The notes below the pieces were generated by a model. That model made no database searches. It worked only from the letters and a program-made list of their open reading frames with translations, and was not told the DNA's origin. Shown here piece after piece: positions 51,301 through 64,000 of a stretch of DNA of 64,000 bases (the stretch's first letter is position 1; each line of letters starts with the position of its first letter). The stretch is from Lophium mytilinum (taxonomy: Eukaryota): NCBI GenBank assembly GCA_010093605.1, contig MU004190.1, forward strand, positions 1,054,001 to 1,118,000. Reading direction: 5' to 3'. Made by a program: the position numbers and the translations under genes.

Positions 51301-52443
51301 GGGTATACGCTGGGTTATCTTCCGGATTATTTGCCCATCGGGGTGGTACTCAGTCGTTATGCGGGAAATGGAGCGCCGGCGATATTCCCTTGAAGGATGA
51401 CGGCTGAGTATCGGTGAAGTGTGCGAGCCGGCCTTGGTCGGCCCGCTGTCGTGGCTGTTGACACCGTTGGCCATGTGATCTTTGAAAGATGAATGTGACT
51501 CAATCGAAAAGCTGCTCTTGAGGAGCGATGAATCAATGTGGTCCATCACGCTGTCCGAGTTGTCGGCTTTTGCTCCGTTATTAGCCGGTGACGTGTGATT
51601 TTTATGAACCAATGGAGAGTCCTCACGAGACCTTAACAACCAGAGAGAAGACTCAAGGGGGTTTGGTATATGTTTGGAAAACGAGCAAATCACAGCAACC
51701 GTGTCGTACAAGTTTTGTCCTAATGATTTGTTGTCTTTTTTTGCCTGATGTTGGCGACTGACTTTTTGCCAATACGTATCTGCCGGGCGCTCAGGTAATT
51801 CAGAAGGCTTCGAAGATGGGACATCAAGACCCCCGTCGGCGGGAGGAATAGCCAAATCAATTTGAAGCATGGTACGCTCATGGGAGCATGAACGACCATT
51901 CCCAAGTACTGTGCTCCCACCAGGTATATCCGCCCAATCTCTTGTGACAGTACTAGTCCGCTCGTGATTGATTTCAAAGGTCGACGGCAAGACCTTAAGC
52001 TTATTGGGACAAAGTCCAGCATGCGGTTTGTCCTGACTAGCGAGATAGTGAGCAAGCGCTCGAGCCGTCACCTGTGTAGGCATTCTAAAGGGCTTGCTGG
52101 TGTCTCGTTTTCTACAGGTAAGACAGGTAGGAGTGGTGCAAAAGGGCTCGTCACATCCATACTGAATCTGGGAGATGTAGCTGGAGGCGGATTAGCTAGA
52201 GTTACAAGACATTTTATACATCAATACAAACCGTCTGACCAGTTCCTGAAATCCCTGCTCGCGAATAGCATGCGCGGAGTCCAACAGCCTGCTTGGCTTT
52301 TCGACCGAAACAATACGGCTGGCCAATGCTTCTGAAAGAAGAGGACGTGTTCTATGGCTAACCCCTATGCCTAGGGATGCAGCACTCATTGGAGGAATGT
52401 CATGGTTCGAAGGGTTTCGAGCCCCTCTCGAATTGGACGTCAT
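48347..52443 (-). CDS. HECT E3 ubiquitin ligase with N-terminal AZUL-like Zn module (Hul4/UBE3A-like), multi-exon
   Basis: QIQYGCDEPFCTTPTC after intron 1; GEQGLDQGGVSLEFF; LLEFVTASDRVP; catalytic LPTSSTCF; ends SKGFGAV. Confidence 0.9.
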
Positions 52444-53084
52444 ATCATAGATGCTGAGTATTCGTGCTCGGATAACTGCCGGTTTGATGGGCGAAGTGAC
52501 TGAGGTTGATGCTGGAGAGGCAGTCGAGTCGCGGTTGAGGGCGAAGAGTGATCAGGCGGAATGATGGGGCTCTGGAGACACATGGTAGGAAGCTTCATTC
52601 ACTGGCATCGGCTTCCACGTAGGCTGGGGAAGCAGGCGCCAGGGGACGTGTAACGTGGTGTAGTGGGACGGGGTGAATGGGAGCGAGAGAGAGGCTGACA
52701 ATTGGGATACGCGATTCGTGGTCTTGGTAGAATAAGGCTGGAAGCGCAAGGCTGAAGGACGTCACTGGAGGCCCATCCACAATCCCGCACACGCCCAATT
52801 TCTGCTCATCCTCTATCGCCACTCTGTGACTCGGAGTTTGCCCCTCGCTCGTGCTCTGTCATGCTCGTTGATTTCGCAGCATCGTGCCTGTAGAATATTA
52901 TATCTCGAGCTGTGCAGCCAGTGCCTTTCCGACGCTCCGAAAGGCCTTTTTGCCCCTCCTCGTCACTGGTAGCGACAGTCCCTCATCCCACTACGGCCCT
53001 GCATTTTCACCACATTCTTCACCACTCCCCCTGCCCTCCGCCACTATAAACCTACAGCGCTGCTCATTACACCCCAACGACACC

Positions 53085-54890
53085 ATGTTGGCCTCTCCGA
53101 AGCCGCTGACGGCGAGCCAGCCGGCCCAGCAGAGCCGCGAATCCACCCATCCCTTCACATGCAACACCTGCCAGGTCGCATTCAGGTCGAGTGAGCTGCA
53201 GAGGGCTCATATGCAGGCCGACTGGCAGTATGCTTTACACTCCTCTCTGTACGCCGTGTCTGGGCTCCAACTAACACACGCCTCAGTCGGTACAATCTCA
53301 AGCGCAGAGTCGCGAACCTTCCCCCACTCTCCGCAGAGATATTCGCCGAGAAAGTGCTGGCCAACAAGGCTTCTGCAGCCGCGACCGCAGCCAAAGCAGT
53401 CTTCGAGAAGCCGTGCTCCATCTGCCAGAAGTCGTACTTCAGCGAGAACGCCTACGCCAACCACCTCAACAGCCAGAAGCACAAAGCGAATGTTGCGAGG
53501 GGACACAAATCTGGATCCGTGGGACGGGATGACGAGACGGCCTCAGTGATGAGCTCCGCATTCTCTCTGGGCGAACCTACCGTAGACGAGACAGTCGACG
53601 AGGAGGTGGAAGAGGAATTCACGAAGGTTGTGGACAAGATCAAGAACACCACTCTAGACGAAAAGGAACCCGTTACTCGTCGGCCAACACGCCCACGCCA
53701 CTCTGCTGAGGGCGACCGACCAGAGCACCCCTTGTCTCGGAAGAGCACCGAAGATTCGGCCATGGAAGAAGACGACGCGATGTCGACAGCCTCTGCCAAC
53801 AAGGTCAAGACGGACCCCCTCGTTAACTGCTTGTTCTGCAACTATCGTTCCCCGAACTTCTCACTGAACATCGAACATATGGGCCGCATCCATGGCATGT
53901 TCATCCCTGAAAAGGACTATCTCACGGACAGCGAAGGCCTGATCAAGTACCTCCACATGAAAATCAACGACTTCCACGAGTGCCTTTACTGCGGCAAGGC
54001 CGTCCACACCGCTGTAGGAATCCAGACTCACATGCGAGACCGCGGCCACTGCATGATCGCTTTCGAAGACGAACCCGAGCTCATCGAAATCGGCCAATTC
54101 TACGACTTCCGGAGCACCTACTCGGACGAAGAGGACTTCGAAGACTCCGACTCGACCACCAGCGGCGGCGGCATCAAGCTCGGCGCAGCCCGCACCACCA
54201 AGACAACCCACAACGGCGACGAGAAGATGGGCGGGGTCGAAGACGAGGGCTGGGAAACCGATAGCACCCTTTCTGACGTGCCCACCGACGAAATTACCTC
54301 CGTCCCTATTGATGACCACTCCCACCGCTACGCCTCCCTCAACAAGTCTCGCCACCACTCCCACAGCGACCCGCGACCCCACCGTGCCAGTGATGGCTGG
54401 CATTCTCATGCTCATCCGACTCCGCACGCGGTCTACCACGACGAGTTCGAGCTGCACCTCCCCTCTGGACGCACCGCCGGCCATAGATCACTCAACCGCT
54501 ACTACCGCCAGAATCTGCGCAATCACCCCAGCGCCTCAGAACGCATGGAGCAGTATCAGCGCCGCATTGAGGCCGGATCTGACGGCGAAGAAGACGAAGA
54601 TGGCGATACAGCCATGGACGGGCAGCGTCGCGGTCGCGGTCGGCAAGGCGGCGAGCTCATTACGCGTGCTAACGGCGGATTGGGCATGATCGGCGTGAGC
54701 GATGCGACCAAGAAGGCTGTCCAGGTGACGGAGAAGCGGGAGAGGCGGAGGGAGCAGCGGGCGCGGAACAAGTACCAGGCTGGCAACGAGAAGCAGCATA
54801 ACTTCCAGAAACATTTCAGGGTAAGTCTTCGACTCTTTAGAATGAGGTGGAACTGTGCTAACTGGGATTTAGGATCCCCTCCTGCAATGA
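53085..54890 (+). CDS. REI1: Pre-60S maturation factor Rei1/Reh1 (ZNF622 family), 2 introns
   Basis: FTCNTCQVAF...HRYNLKRRVA, CLFCN, HGMFIPE, CLYCG...HMRDRGHC, ELHLPSGRTAGHRSLNRYYRQ, C-terminal QKHFR|DPLLQ*. Confidence 0.93.
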
Positions 54891-55423
54891 TCACCTCACT
54901 GCTCTCGACGAGGCTTGGCGAGGTGCTTTTCTCTTGCTGTCCTTTCTTTCTTTTCTGACGGTGGCTGCTGCGTAGGCGGCTTTTGGGGAGAGATACATCA
55001 CGACTGTCGATAAGGTTGCATGATGGCGTTTGCATTTTTAGACTGGAATGGACCTCATGTTTCATGCATGAAGTACGGATGGATGGACGGAATGATTAGC
55101 TGGCACTTCCTTTAGATTGGAAGCTTTCCGAGGATGCTGTTTTGGTAGTAGCTCCTTGTAGACCAGCCACTTCGGTAGACTAAAAAAGAACTTGATTTTG
55201 GCAGCACCATATTTGCGCGTATGTGCGTTTCGAAACGTCCGAGAGTGACATGTATTGAACTCCGTAATATGTTTGCCTCTATGCAACCGTGATGGCATGA
55301 TGCCTGAATAAGAGAATCTGCCCCAACCAATGCATGGCCCAGCGACGCAAGAAATGTGGTTTGCATCTTCTCCCCTAACAAGAAACCCCCATGTTCATCT
55401 CGACATATGCACGTGACCGTTTC

Positions 55424-57174
55424 TCATTCATCAGCATCATCGTCCAACTCCTCGAATCGCCCTTCCTGCACTGCCCTCGCAACCGGATTCTCCACATTCA
55501 TAACGCCCGTAGCTTTGAGCCTATCACACTATCAGCGCCGACCACAATCGCGAAAGAAAGAATGATCCAACATACCGTTCAAAAAGCACAAACAAGCGCT
55601 CCGCCTCCCTCTCCTTCTCCTCGCGCGTCATCGGCGGCCCCTGATCCACCTCCTCCGCATCCAACCGCTGCCCAGTAATCGGATTCACCGGCACCCCTTC
55701 TCCCTCCTTCCCCCCTTCCCCATCTGCATACGCGTCCATCGCGCTCTCCGGCATCGCGATGTTATGGCTCATCAAAAACCCGGACGCGAAGCCGTAACCG
55801 ACGTTATGCACGAACTTCGCGGCGTCCTTCCCGGACAGCTCGAACAGCATGCTGCTGACATTCCCGCGCATGGTGGGCGTCATGGCGGAGGTGGAGAGGC
55901 GCAGCAGGCGCGCGGAGAGGGTATCGCTCTTCCCCAACGGCCGGCTGCGCTCGTCGTCGGTGGGGAGGAGCAACCACTGCATGTACGTCTTCACGGAGTC
56001 CGGGGCGATTTCGTAGACGCGGCGGATGAGGGTAAGGACGGGGGAGACGGCGGTGTCGAGCTCGGCCTCCGGGTAGACGGAGATGGCCTGGTCGAGGATG
56101 TTGATGAGGTGCTCGGCGTTGCATTTGGCGTCGAACTTGGGGAAGACGGGGCAGTGGGAGAAGGATTTGGGGGATTTATCGGTTGATTCGAGGTCGAGGT
56201 TTATGAGGGCGTTGATGAGGTAGTTTACGGGTTGTTCGAGGGGGGGCGAGGGGATCTTGTGGCGCACGAGGATTTTGAAAATGTGCGGGATGGATTTTGT
56301 GAACATGGGTTGCAGATCAGGGTAGTGGTGGGTTATGTTGAACATGAGTTTGAGGGTTTCGGAGAGGGCCATGGTGTTCATGGACATGGGGTTGTCGTAG
56401 GAGAGGCGCCGGGAGGACTTGGAGTATCGCTTTGCATGCCGCGCGATGGCGGCGTTGATGCTATCGGCGAGTTGATGCGACCTTACGAGGGAGTCGAAAT
56501 CGAGGTCGGAATTGTAAGTTAGGAGAAAGAGGATTCGGGATATGAGGAACTCGTCGTCTGTGTTGTCGTTCTAGAAGGGAATTAGCTATGCTTCCCCGAT
56601 ATATAGCTCTACAACTAGCCTTCGCTTTCTCAGCAGCCTTGTCTCCGAAGCCCAGGTCGACGAGTATTTGCCTGGTCTTGGGTTGTAGTAATAACGCATT
56701 TGCAAGGCACCGGAGTGCTTCTCGCGATGTCGCGGAGTTTGAGTTTTCGAAGCCATAGCGTGCCAGTATCTCAATTCCCTAGAATGACCAATATTCAGTT
56801 TTGCCCCTACTACAACAACCGTCCTTGCACATACGTTCCGCGTAAATATAGGGTCGGCGTTCTCAGCAGCGCGTCCGTGGACTTTGAGTTCTTCTAGCAA
56901 TGTGTTCCGCTCTATGGATATGCGTAAGCTCAGTTGAGCGCATGCTTGACCGCGCGAGTCGGGTCTCCGCGTCTAGGAAACGTATTGGCCTTACGTTGAG
57001 GGAGTAGGTTAGTCTGTTCGAGGTCGGTCTTCAATTTCGCGAAGATTGAAGTGACTTGTTCTAGCTTCGCTATACGATGTTAGCGCTGCTATAGCTCGGA
57101 GAAGTGTTGCTTCAAGATAATGTACCTTTGCCACTATAGGGCATCATGGTGGAACTGTCAGTCGCTGGCGCCAT
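55424..57174 (-). CDS. RIC8: G-alpha guanine nucleotide exchange factor/chaperone Ric8 (synembryn), multi-exon
   Basis: REALRCLANA, ETLKLMFN, FVHNVGYGFASGFL, VNPITGQ, MTREEKEREAERLFVLFER|LKATG. Confidence 0.93.
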
Positions 57175-58095
57175 ATTTACATGGACGTGTAGGAGGTGGT
57201 TGGTAGTGAGATGCTGTTGAAACAGCTGGAGACGCGAAACGGCGAGGCTTGATGTCCTCAAGCGGGCGCCCCGCACCTTTGTTGAAGCATGCATCGAGGC
57301 CATCGCAGCAGACGGTGACCGACAAGGGCTCCGAGGCCATGTGCATTGTGGGAATCATCATCAGGACACCCGGCGCCTTAATTCAGGCGTGCGGGCAGCG
57401 ACTCGTGACGGGGGTGCATGTGTTGGAGATGCCTGTAGTCCGATATCAACCACCACCTGGAGATGCGCGTGATGCGATGCCTGGAGATACTTGTGATTCG
57501 TTGATGACAGCCTTGCTTGTATGCATGGTCTATGTAAGTAGTGGTGACGCTGAAGATGACAGTGAATGGATAGCTGGCGACAAGAGGCTCCTGCAATATA
57601 ATGAATAGTATTGTTATAGCTAAGAGTTAGAAGCACAGATGTTGAAAAGGATAGCCAGGCTGTATCCTCAAGAATTATCTGCAAGGTACCCCGCGGTTCG
57701 TGCATATAATTGTAACTAAAGGAGTGCTAAGGGGGTAATGGGGGCATATGCAGTGCAGAAGCAAACCTGGGAAAGAACAGCCCAACGACTCCCTAAAGAA
57801 CTAATATAACTTAGACATAAACAGAGTGAATGCAAAGACTCATGCTACATTCACCGCTCCCTGAAGAACGAATCTGGTTCCTCAGTGCAGGCGTTTCCCC
57901 AGATTCCGCTTAGCGCATTTCACGAGCGCGACCCGCGACGCGCGACTCCATTTCCACTAAAGCGGAGCCCTGCCAGCCTTCCACTTTCATCTCGTCGTTC
58001 CGCTCCCGCTATACCCACCCGTCCTGTGCAATGCTCGTCGTGTCTCTTATATCCAAATTGTGGTTCTTTGATTCTTTGTTTCTGCTCGCATAGCC

Positions 58096-61000
58096 ATGGT
58101 GTTCTCCTTTGCCCATCACCCACCGACTCCCCCGAGAGACAAAAGGCTCAACCAGGACATTGACGACATCCTGGACGCCTTCGACACACCGTTCACAATT
58201 GAGGACGACGAGAAGCCCACGCGATCGAAACCGATCAAGTCAAAGCCGGTCCAACGCAAACTCTTTGTCGACACCCCGCCTGAGCAATCCCCTTCGTCTT
58301 CCGCGGACAGCGATCCTTCTCGAGTCGCGGCAAGACGGAAACAGGTCATCTTCAACGACGTGCTACCACCACCTCACCAATGGAGTTCTCCTCAAAACCC
58401 TCTGAGACCTCTGCCCCAAACACGAGTTAACGCGCCCTTGAAATCAATCCTCAAACCCTACGATCCAACTATCACCTTCCGCCGATCAATCAACCTCAAC
58501 TCCACCGAATTTGAACCAATATCTGCCCATACATTTGACTCTTTCGCGGAGATGCTCGAGTCAGTAGTGAAGCAGCTAGCCCAGGACCTTCGGGCCCCAC
58601 GACTGGACGCATACAGCACCCTCTCGAATACCTTGAAGGCCCTGGAGGATAAACCAGATGAGAAGTCTCTAGAAAACAAGATGGGATTGCTGTCCCAATT
58701 CATTCAGAGAGACATGGTGGCTGTGACAGCTACAGGAGCTCCTGATACAAACTTGAGCAACCAGGCGATCAAGCTCCTCATGGCCTTGGTCCGGATACCT
58801 GCCGCTGTGGCCGCCATGGCGGACGACTTTTGCTCTTTCACCATAGACCGTGCCATCCAAGTCGCGGAAGACCCAGAATGCTCAAAATCCTCAATTAACC
58901 ACCACCTCGGCCTTCTGACCCTACAAAACTTCAGCACAAGATCGATGACCTCCACCCGGGCCGAGAGAATCCTAGCCGTTCTAGAAAACATCACGGAACG
59001 GGTCAGTGGATACGGTGTCCAGGCCTATAGACTACGGGTTTATCGGAAACTCGTCCGACAAGCTCCAGAGGTCATGGCGGCCAGGACACTGTATTGGTTT
59101 AAAGTGGTCGTGAAATCTATGCTGAGCGGTCAAAATGATGTCCGGACCAGCGCCCTCGAGGTTGCAAAACTAGCCGGTATTGAATTCGTCGACAGGCGTC
59201 AGGTGTCTAAAGCAGTCACCGACTACTTGAATACCACACAGGCGGATGGAGCCTCTATCAAAGTGGAGTATTTGATCGGACGATTCACAGACATGCTCAG
59301 CAAGAAGTCCGAAGCACACCTTGTTCCAGAGATCTGGGGTGCAATCACCCTTTTCCTTCGACCCGCTCTTGAGGGAAACACCTGGTCACAGCTGAACATC
59401 TGGCTGAAAGTCTTGAATGAAATCATTACGAGCTGTACCGACTACCAAGTCAATTATCAAACGACACTCGCGTTTGGCTATCTGGTCTTCGTAACTAACC
59501 TAGATGGAAATACCCGAAACAGTCTCTCCAAAATGCTAGCCGCCATTCCTCTCTTGCAGCTAGATCGAAAGGGGAGATCCTCGAACGGAAAACAGTCGAA
59601 GGAAGTGTCTATTGCTGGCTCCTGGACCCTTCTGTATTATTCTCTCCGTCCTTCAGCGTCTGCGCAAGAACTCACAAGATACTGGAAAGAATTTTTACAT
59701 GGTGCTTGGATTGAGCTTGTACTCGTACCCAGATATGCCGATCTCGCGTGTCGAATGCTTTCCTACCTTTTTGGATATGGACCAGCGAAAATTTGGAACG
59801 GCCGTAGAGTTGAGAGAAGCCGTCTCATTACAGTCGAAGAACTTCCTCGGCTAGATCCAAAATGGATACGGGCGAACATGTCACTCGTACTGGACTTTGT
59901 GGAAGCATGCTTGTGCAGAGCCACTTACTCAAAGAACTCAATTCTGGAGGAGAACAGCCTAATGAGAATGTGGTCTTGCTTGATGGACTCTTTGGCTGAG
60001 GCTGGCAGCAAAGAGGTCAAGGCATCTATGGAGCTTAAAGATGCCATCGCACGCGTCGTTAATATGTATCGCCGGCTCTGGGCCAAACATACTTCGACCC
60101 CAGCGATGAAATCCGAAGAGGAGGAAGACTGGGTCAGCCTATTCCGCTTCCTTTTCGAAACCTCCATGGAAAAACTCGGAGCCGTTCACTTTGCCGACAA
60201 ATTCCTGACACGAAACAATAACGAAGACCTCGAAGCCGCGCCTACTCCATCCCATCGATCCCGAATCCAAGGAGCCTACCAATCACCTCTCCTTCACATG
60301 GTCGACTTGCTAGCAAATCAATCGGAAGGCAAGCTATCAGACACCCATCGTCTTGATCTAGTCAAATGGGTCATTGAGCCATGCTTGGCCTCGAAAAACA
60401 CCCGATCGCTGAAGCTTGAGCTCCTTATGGAGTGCGCTGATCTTGTCAGAGAATCCAAAGAAACGTGTATGGCCGCTAATATCTGGCAAACTGTCGCCAA
60501 GTACGCAAAAACCACACTTGAGGATTACCCATTGGACACAGCCGAAAAGCAATCCAGGCATCTTGGGGAGGAGTACGAAGTCGTCATTAAGATATTGACC
60601 CAAGGTTTGAGGTATTCCACGCCTCAGGCAAGTTCGGTCGCGAAAGACCTGCTCGTTTGCCTTTCTGAAAAGATCAGAGCCGAGGCGGGCACTGGTGCGA
60701 TTGTCCTCGCTCTTGTCGAGCGTCTTTCTGAAGATATTTCTGGACAAGCCAAAGGCGAGCGCATCAACAACAGCCTCGTCTACGGTGCTACACTCCTCAG
60801 ACAGCTGCCGGAATCCATCAACCGACGAGCAGTAGAAGATGGGCGAAAATCTCTTTGGGGCGCTTCTCCGATGCCTCCTAGGACTTTTGACTTCGATCCA
60901 TATAAAAGATTCTACAAGACCATCGTCGTGCTACTCTCTTCGGCCTACGGTAATCTAGATCTACTCGATGTCTTGACCTTCAAAGAATTCGTTTCGGCCT

Positions 61001-63921
61001 TCTCTGCATCGATTCAAAAGTGTCCAATCGCTTTGCTAGGCTTTTATCTCCGCAGAATTCAAGCCGGCGTCATTATTTGGGTACAAGATGCTGGGCGGAA
61101 GTTACAGACGAAGAACACCCGCATGACAGATATTTATCGATCGGTATGTTTCGCTACCTCATGTTTGACCTTGCCTCTGACTAACCATTTTCAGATTGTC
61201 TCAATGTGGCAAACAATCAACGAAGCTCTCAAGAAGCTTCCTAAGAAGGACTCTTCGACACTTAGCGCTCTTAGTCCGCTGGTTGCCTCTGGGTTTCTCA
61301 GTCGTCGCAGGGAACTGACCAATGACTCCGTTGGGACGTGGAACAGCACTTTTGGGAACGAAGAGACGTTGGAATATCCTGCAGAGGTCAAACGAGCCTT
61401 GAGCCGCTTGACTCCCATGATAGATCTTCAACTTCCTGGATTCCCTCATGATGAGGATCAAGTAGGTACTTCAGCTTACTTTCCGAAGCATTACTAACCA
61501 GATCTACAGGACTCCGTCGCTTCCTTCTACGATTCAGAAGTCGAACAGAGCCAATCCGAAGTTGAGAAGAGCACCGATATCGTGCGAGAGACATCACCGA
61601 CACTCCGTACCATCACTACTACCGCCCCGCTTAAGTCACCTGCGTCCGCATCTATTTCAAGGGGTAGAACCCCTCTAGGTCAACTCCCACGGGCCCGTCT
61701 TCGACATGACGACTCTCAAATTTTCTTCGAAGAGATTACATCGGAACCGAGCGATTCAATAGTACAACAGTCTCAAGTTCTGACGGACCGACAATTGGAG
61801 GTATGGGAAAAGCAGCGTGCTACTGCCGCCATGTTCCCAGACATTCAGTCAAGCCCAGTCGCGGAGTTGCCGCGTTCCTCAACAGGGGTAACACGATTAA
61901 ACCTCACATCGGATCTACCCAATGTTGACTCGGATGACGCATTGCATACGCCTATGAAGGGTCGCAAGTCCCTTGGCCCCATGGATTATTACGTTGGATC
62001 TTCCCCAACGCCGAGGAACCGCTCTAGGACCAAACAGATCATGAGTGACACCAGTGTGGCAACTCCTAATGCAGTAAGGACGGTTCAAGTCACAGTGCCC
62101 TCTGAAGATGATCCTCCTTCGTCACCGCCAGGCATGGAAACGACACAAGAGAGCCTCGGTTCTTATATTCCAGAAACGGCGTCAGATGCTGCGGGTATGG
62201 TTGAGGACAGTTTCGAATATCGCCAAGTGGAGAAGGATGTCGCCCACGATCTTACTGATGAAATCGAAGTACATGAACCCACTGAGATTGACTCAAGCGT
62301 TTTTATCGGTCCTCTTCGGCGGGCTGGCTCTGTCGAGGAAGATATCCAAGTCAACAATGAGGCGGCCGATCTTACCCCCGAAGAAGACGAGGATCTCCCA
62401 AGTCCCAACCCTGAATCCCAGTTGGCTGCTCAAATCACCACAGACATGGAAGCCTTGAACAAGCGGTCCATCGAAGTCACCTCAGTGGAATCGTCCAGGG
62501 ATCTGCAGCAAATAGCCAAGGCCGATGATGCAGCTTCTACTATTTTACGCGAAGGGAAGGCGGACGCCAAGAAGCAACTTGAGAAGAGTCAATCAGGAAA
62601 TCCAGATGACTCCTCTCCTTTGCCCGATCCGGCCTACATAGCGGTGGAATCATCCCCTGATCGAGGTACACCGGCTCCGCAAGACAATCAAAGCACAACT
62701 TCTGAGGACATGAGCCGCGTCGGAGACTCATTCACCGCGGCTGACAGCAGCTTTCACACGGCAGTTGACATGCCTCGCAAGACTTCCGTCACCAACGTAC
62801 GAAGATCGTTTAGAAATACCCCATCCAGCCCCACACAGTCGTCGCCTAGGTCTACGCGAAACACCTTATTGAGCTCACAGGCGACGGCTAAAGCCTCTCG
62901 CAAGCGAAAGGAATCCCCGATGGTTGCTCTTGCTACGAAACGAGCGCGGAAGCAATCAACAACTAGACAGACACCCGTTCCTAGTATTCGCCGCACTCCA
63001 TCATTCGTGAACTCTGCGGGCGACGAAGAGATTCTAGACTGTATCGTAGTCGACATGAACTCGCCTCTCACGCGCGGATCAGCATCAATACCTGCAGAAC
63101 AGCAACCACGCGTTGTTGTCACGCCAGCCTCTTCTCCAGCGCCTACTGCCAAAATAGAGGGTAGCGCAACTACCAACAAAATGATGCCGCCGCCCCCCTC
63201 ATCAGCACCTGTCAAACGGAAACCAGGTCGCCCAAGGAAGGTCGTTACAGAAAGCCAATCCGCGGAAAAGCCGACTCGCTCCACCAAGCGCAGCGTCCGC
63301 CTCTCTGCGCCAGAGCTAGGTAGATCAGTATCTGACCGTACGCACGACCTAGTCAATGAGACACCAGCGCCAAAGAGGGTAAAGCGAACAGCAAGCCAGG
63401 ACATCAGTCGCGCGACGTCCCTCGCCCCTTCGGAAACCAGCTCGCATGCCAGTATTACCAGGATACTCGACCACGTAGCCATTGCTCCTACACCGCAGGC
63501 GCTGAGGGATGAAGCCGTCCACCCTCCAAGCTCGCCGATCCGGGCGCAGCACGACGAGTCGAGTCCGACGAACCGGGAAGCTGCGCAAAAGTCTGTACGA
63601 AGGCCATCCGCCGTACCCGAGACAACAACCAACGCACAAGCGTCGCCTCAAATTTCATGCTTCCCCTCTAGGATTTCCACGCCGCTCAAGCGTACTGCGG
63701 ATGCCATGGCGGCAGATGCCCCTGCTACACCATCCCAGGCCCAAACACCGCTCGGAAGGATCATGGCTACGCCGAGTAGCATATTGGCGAAGCTGAAGAA
63801 GATAATGGCTGATTGCAGTCAGATGGTGCTGGGCAGCCAGGAGGAGAGGGAGTTTGATGACGTGCTTTTCAATATTCGGACGAAGGTGCATGATGCTGGA
63901 AGGAGGGGGAGGGATACTTGA
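58096..63921 (+). CDS. RIF1: Rap1-interacting factor 1 (telomere / replication-timing regulator), introns ~61144-61194 and ~61462-61509
   Basis: N-terminal PP1-docking KQVIF and KSILK, long helical-repeat region, RLRHDDSQI, S/T/P-rich disordered C-terminus with KRKPGRPRK. Confidence 0.88.
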
Positions 63922-64000
63922 GGAGCAGATCTCCAGGGCGGACCTGCTTTGAGAGAAGGACGAACGTGGGAATGTACATGCCGGCGTTTTGATTGGGTTT

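Noticed and set aside
62754..63632. 292-aa ORF antisense to RIF1
   Set aside because: Shadow of an S/T/P/R-rich coding region with no independent motifs

Overview
Eukaryotic DNA from a filamentous ascomycete (Pezizomycotina; inferred from short introns with CTAAC/CTGAC branch sites and the gene set). Conserved core genes are RPN7, alanine aminotransferase, KAR2/BiP, MET10, SEC61, an AZUL-HECT E3 ligase, REI1, RIC8 and RIF1. They are interrupted by two accessory blocks. Block 1 (~4.7-26 kb) holds a GMC oxidoreductase, a run of mostly intronless orphan genes, a fumarate reductase, an NRPS-like A-T-R reductase and an ArcA-like regulator. Block 2 (~39.5-48 kb) holds decayed gene remnants and a Zn2Cys6 TF / GST / enoyl-reductase-like trio. 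Most notable: (1) three adjacent orphan genes built from a shared ~50-aa F-x6-CxxC(-x3-W) module in different copy number and order, a candidate undescribed zinc-ribbon family; (2) an NRPS-like enzyme whose carrier-domain Ser is Tyr; (3) a 114-bp TA-flanked hairpin MITE in the MET10/SEC61 divergent promoter; (4) PDRE-like TCCGCGGA sites in the TF-GST-reductase trio; (5) a 14-intron SEC61 with two consecutive GC-AG introns. Exon boundaries were read by eye and no database searches were run.
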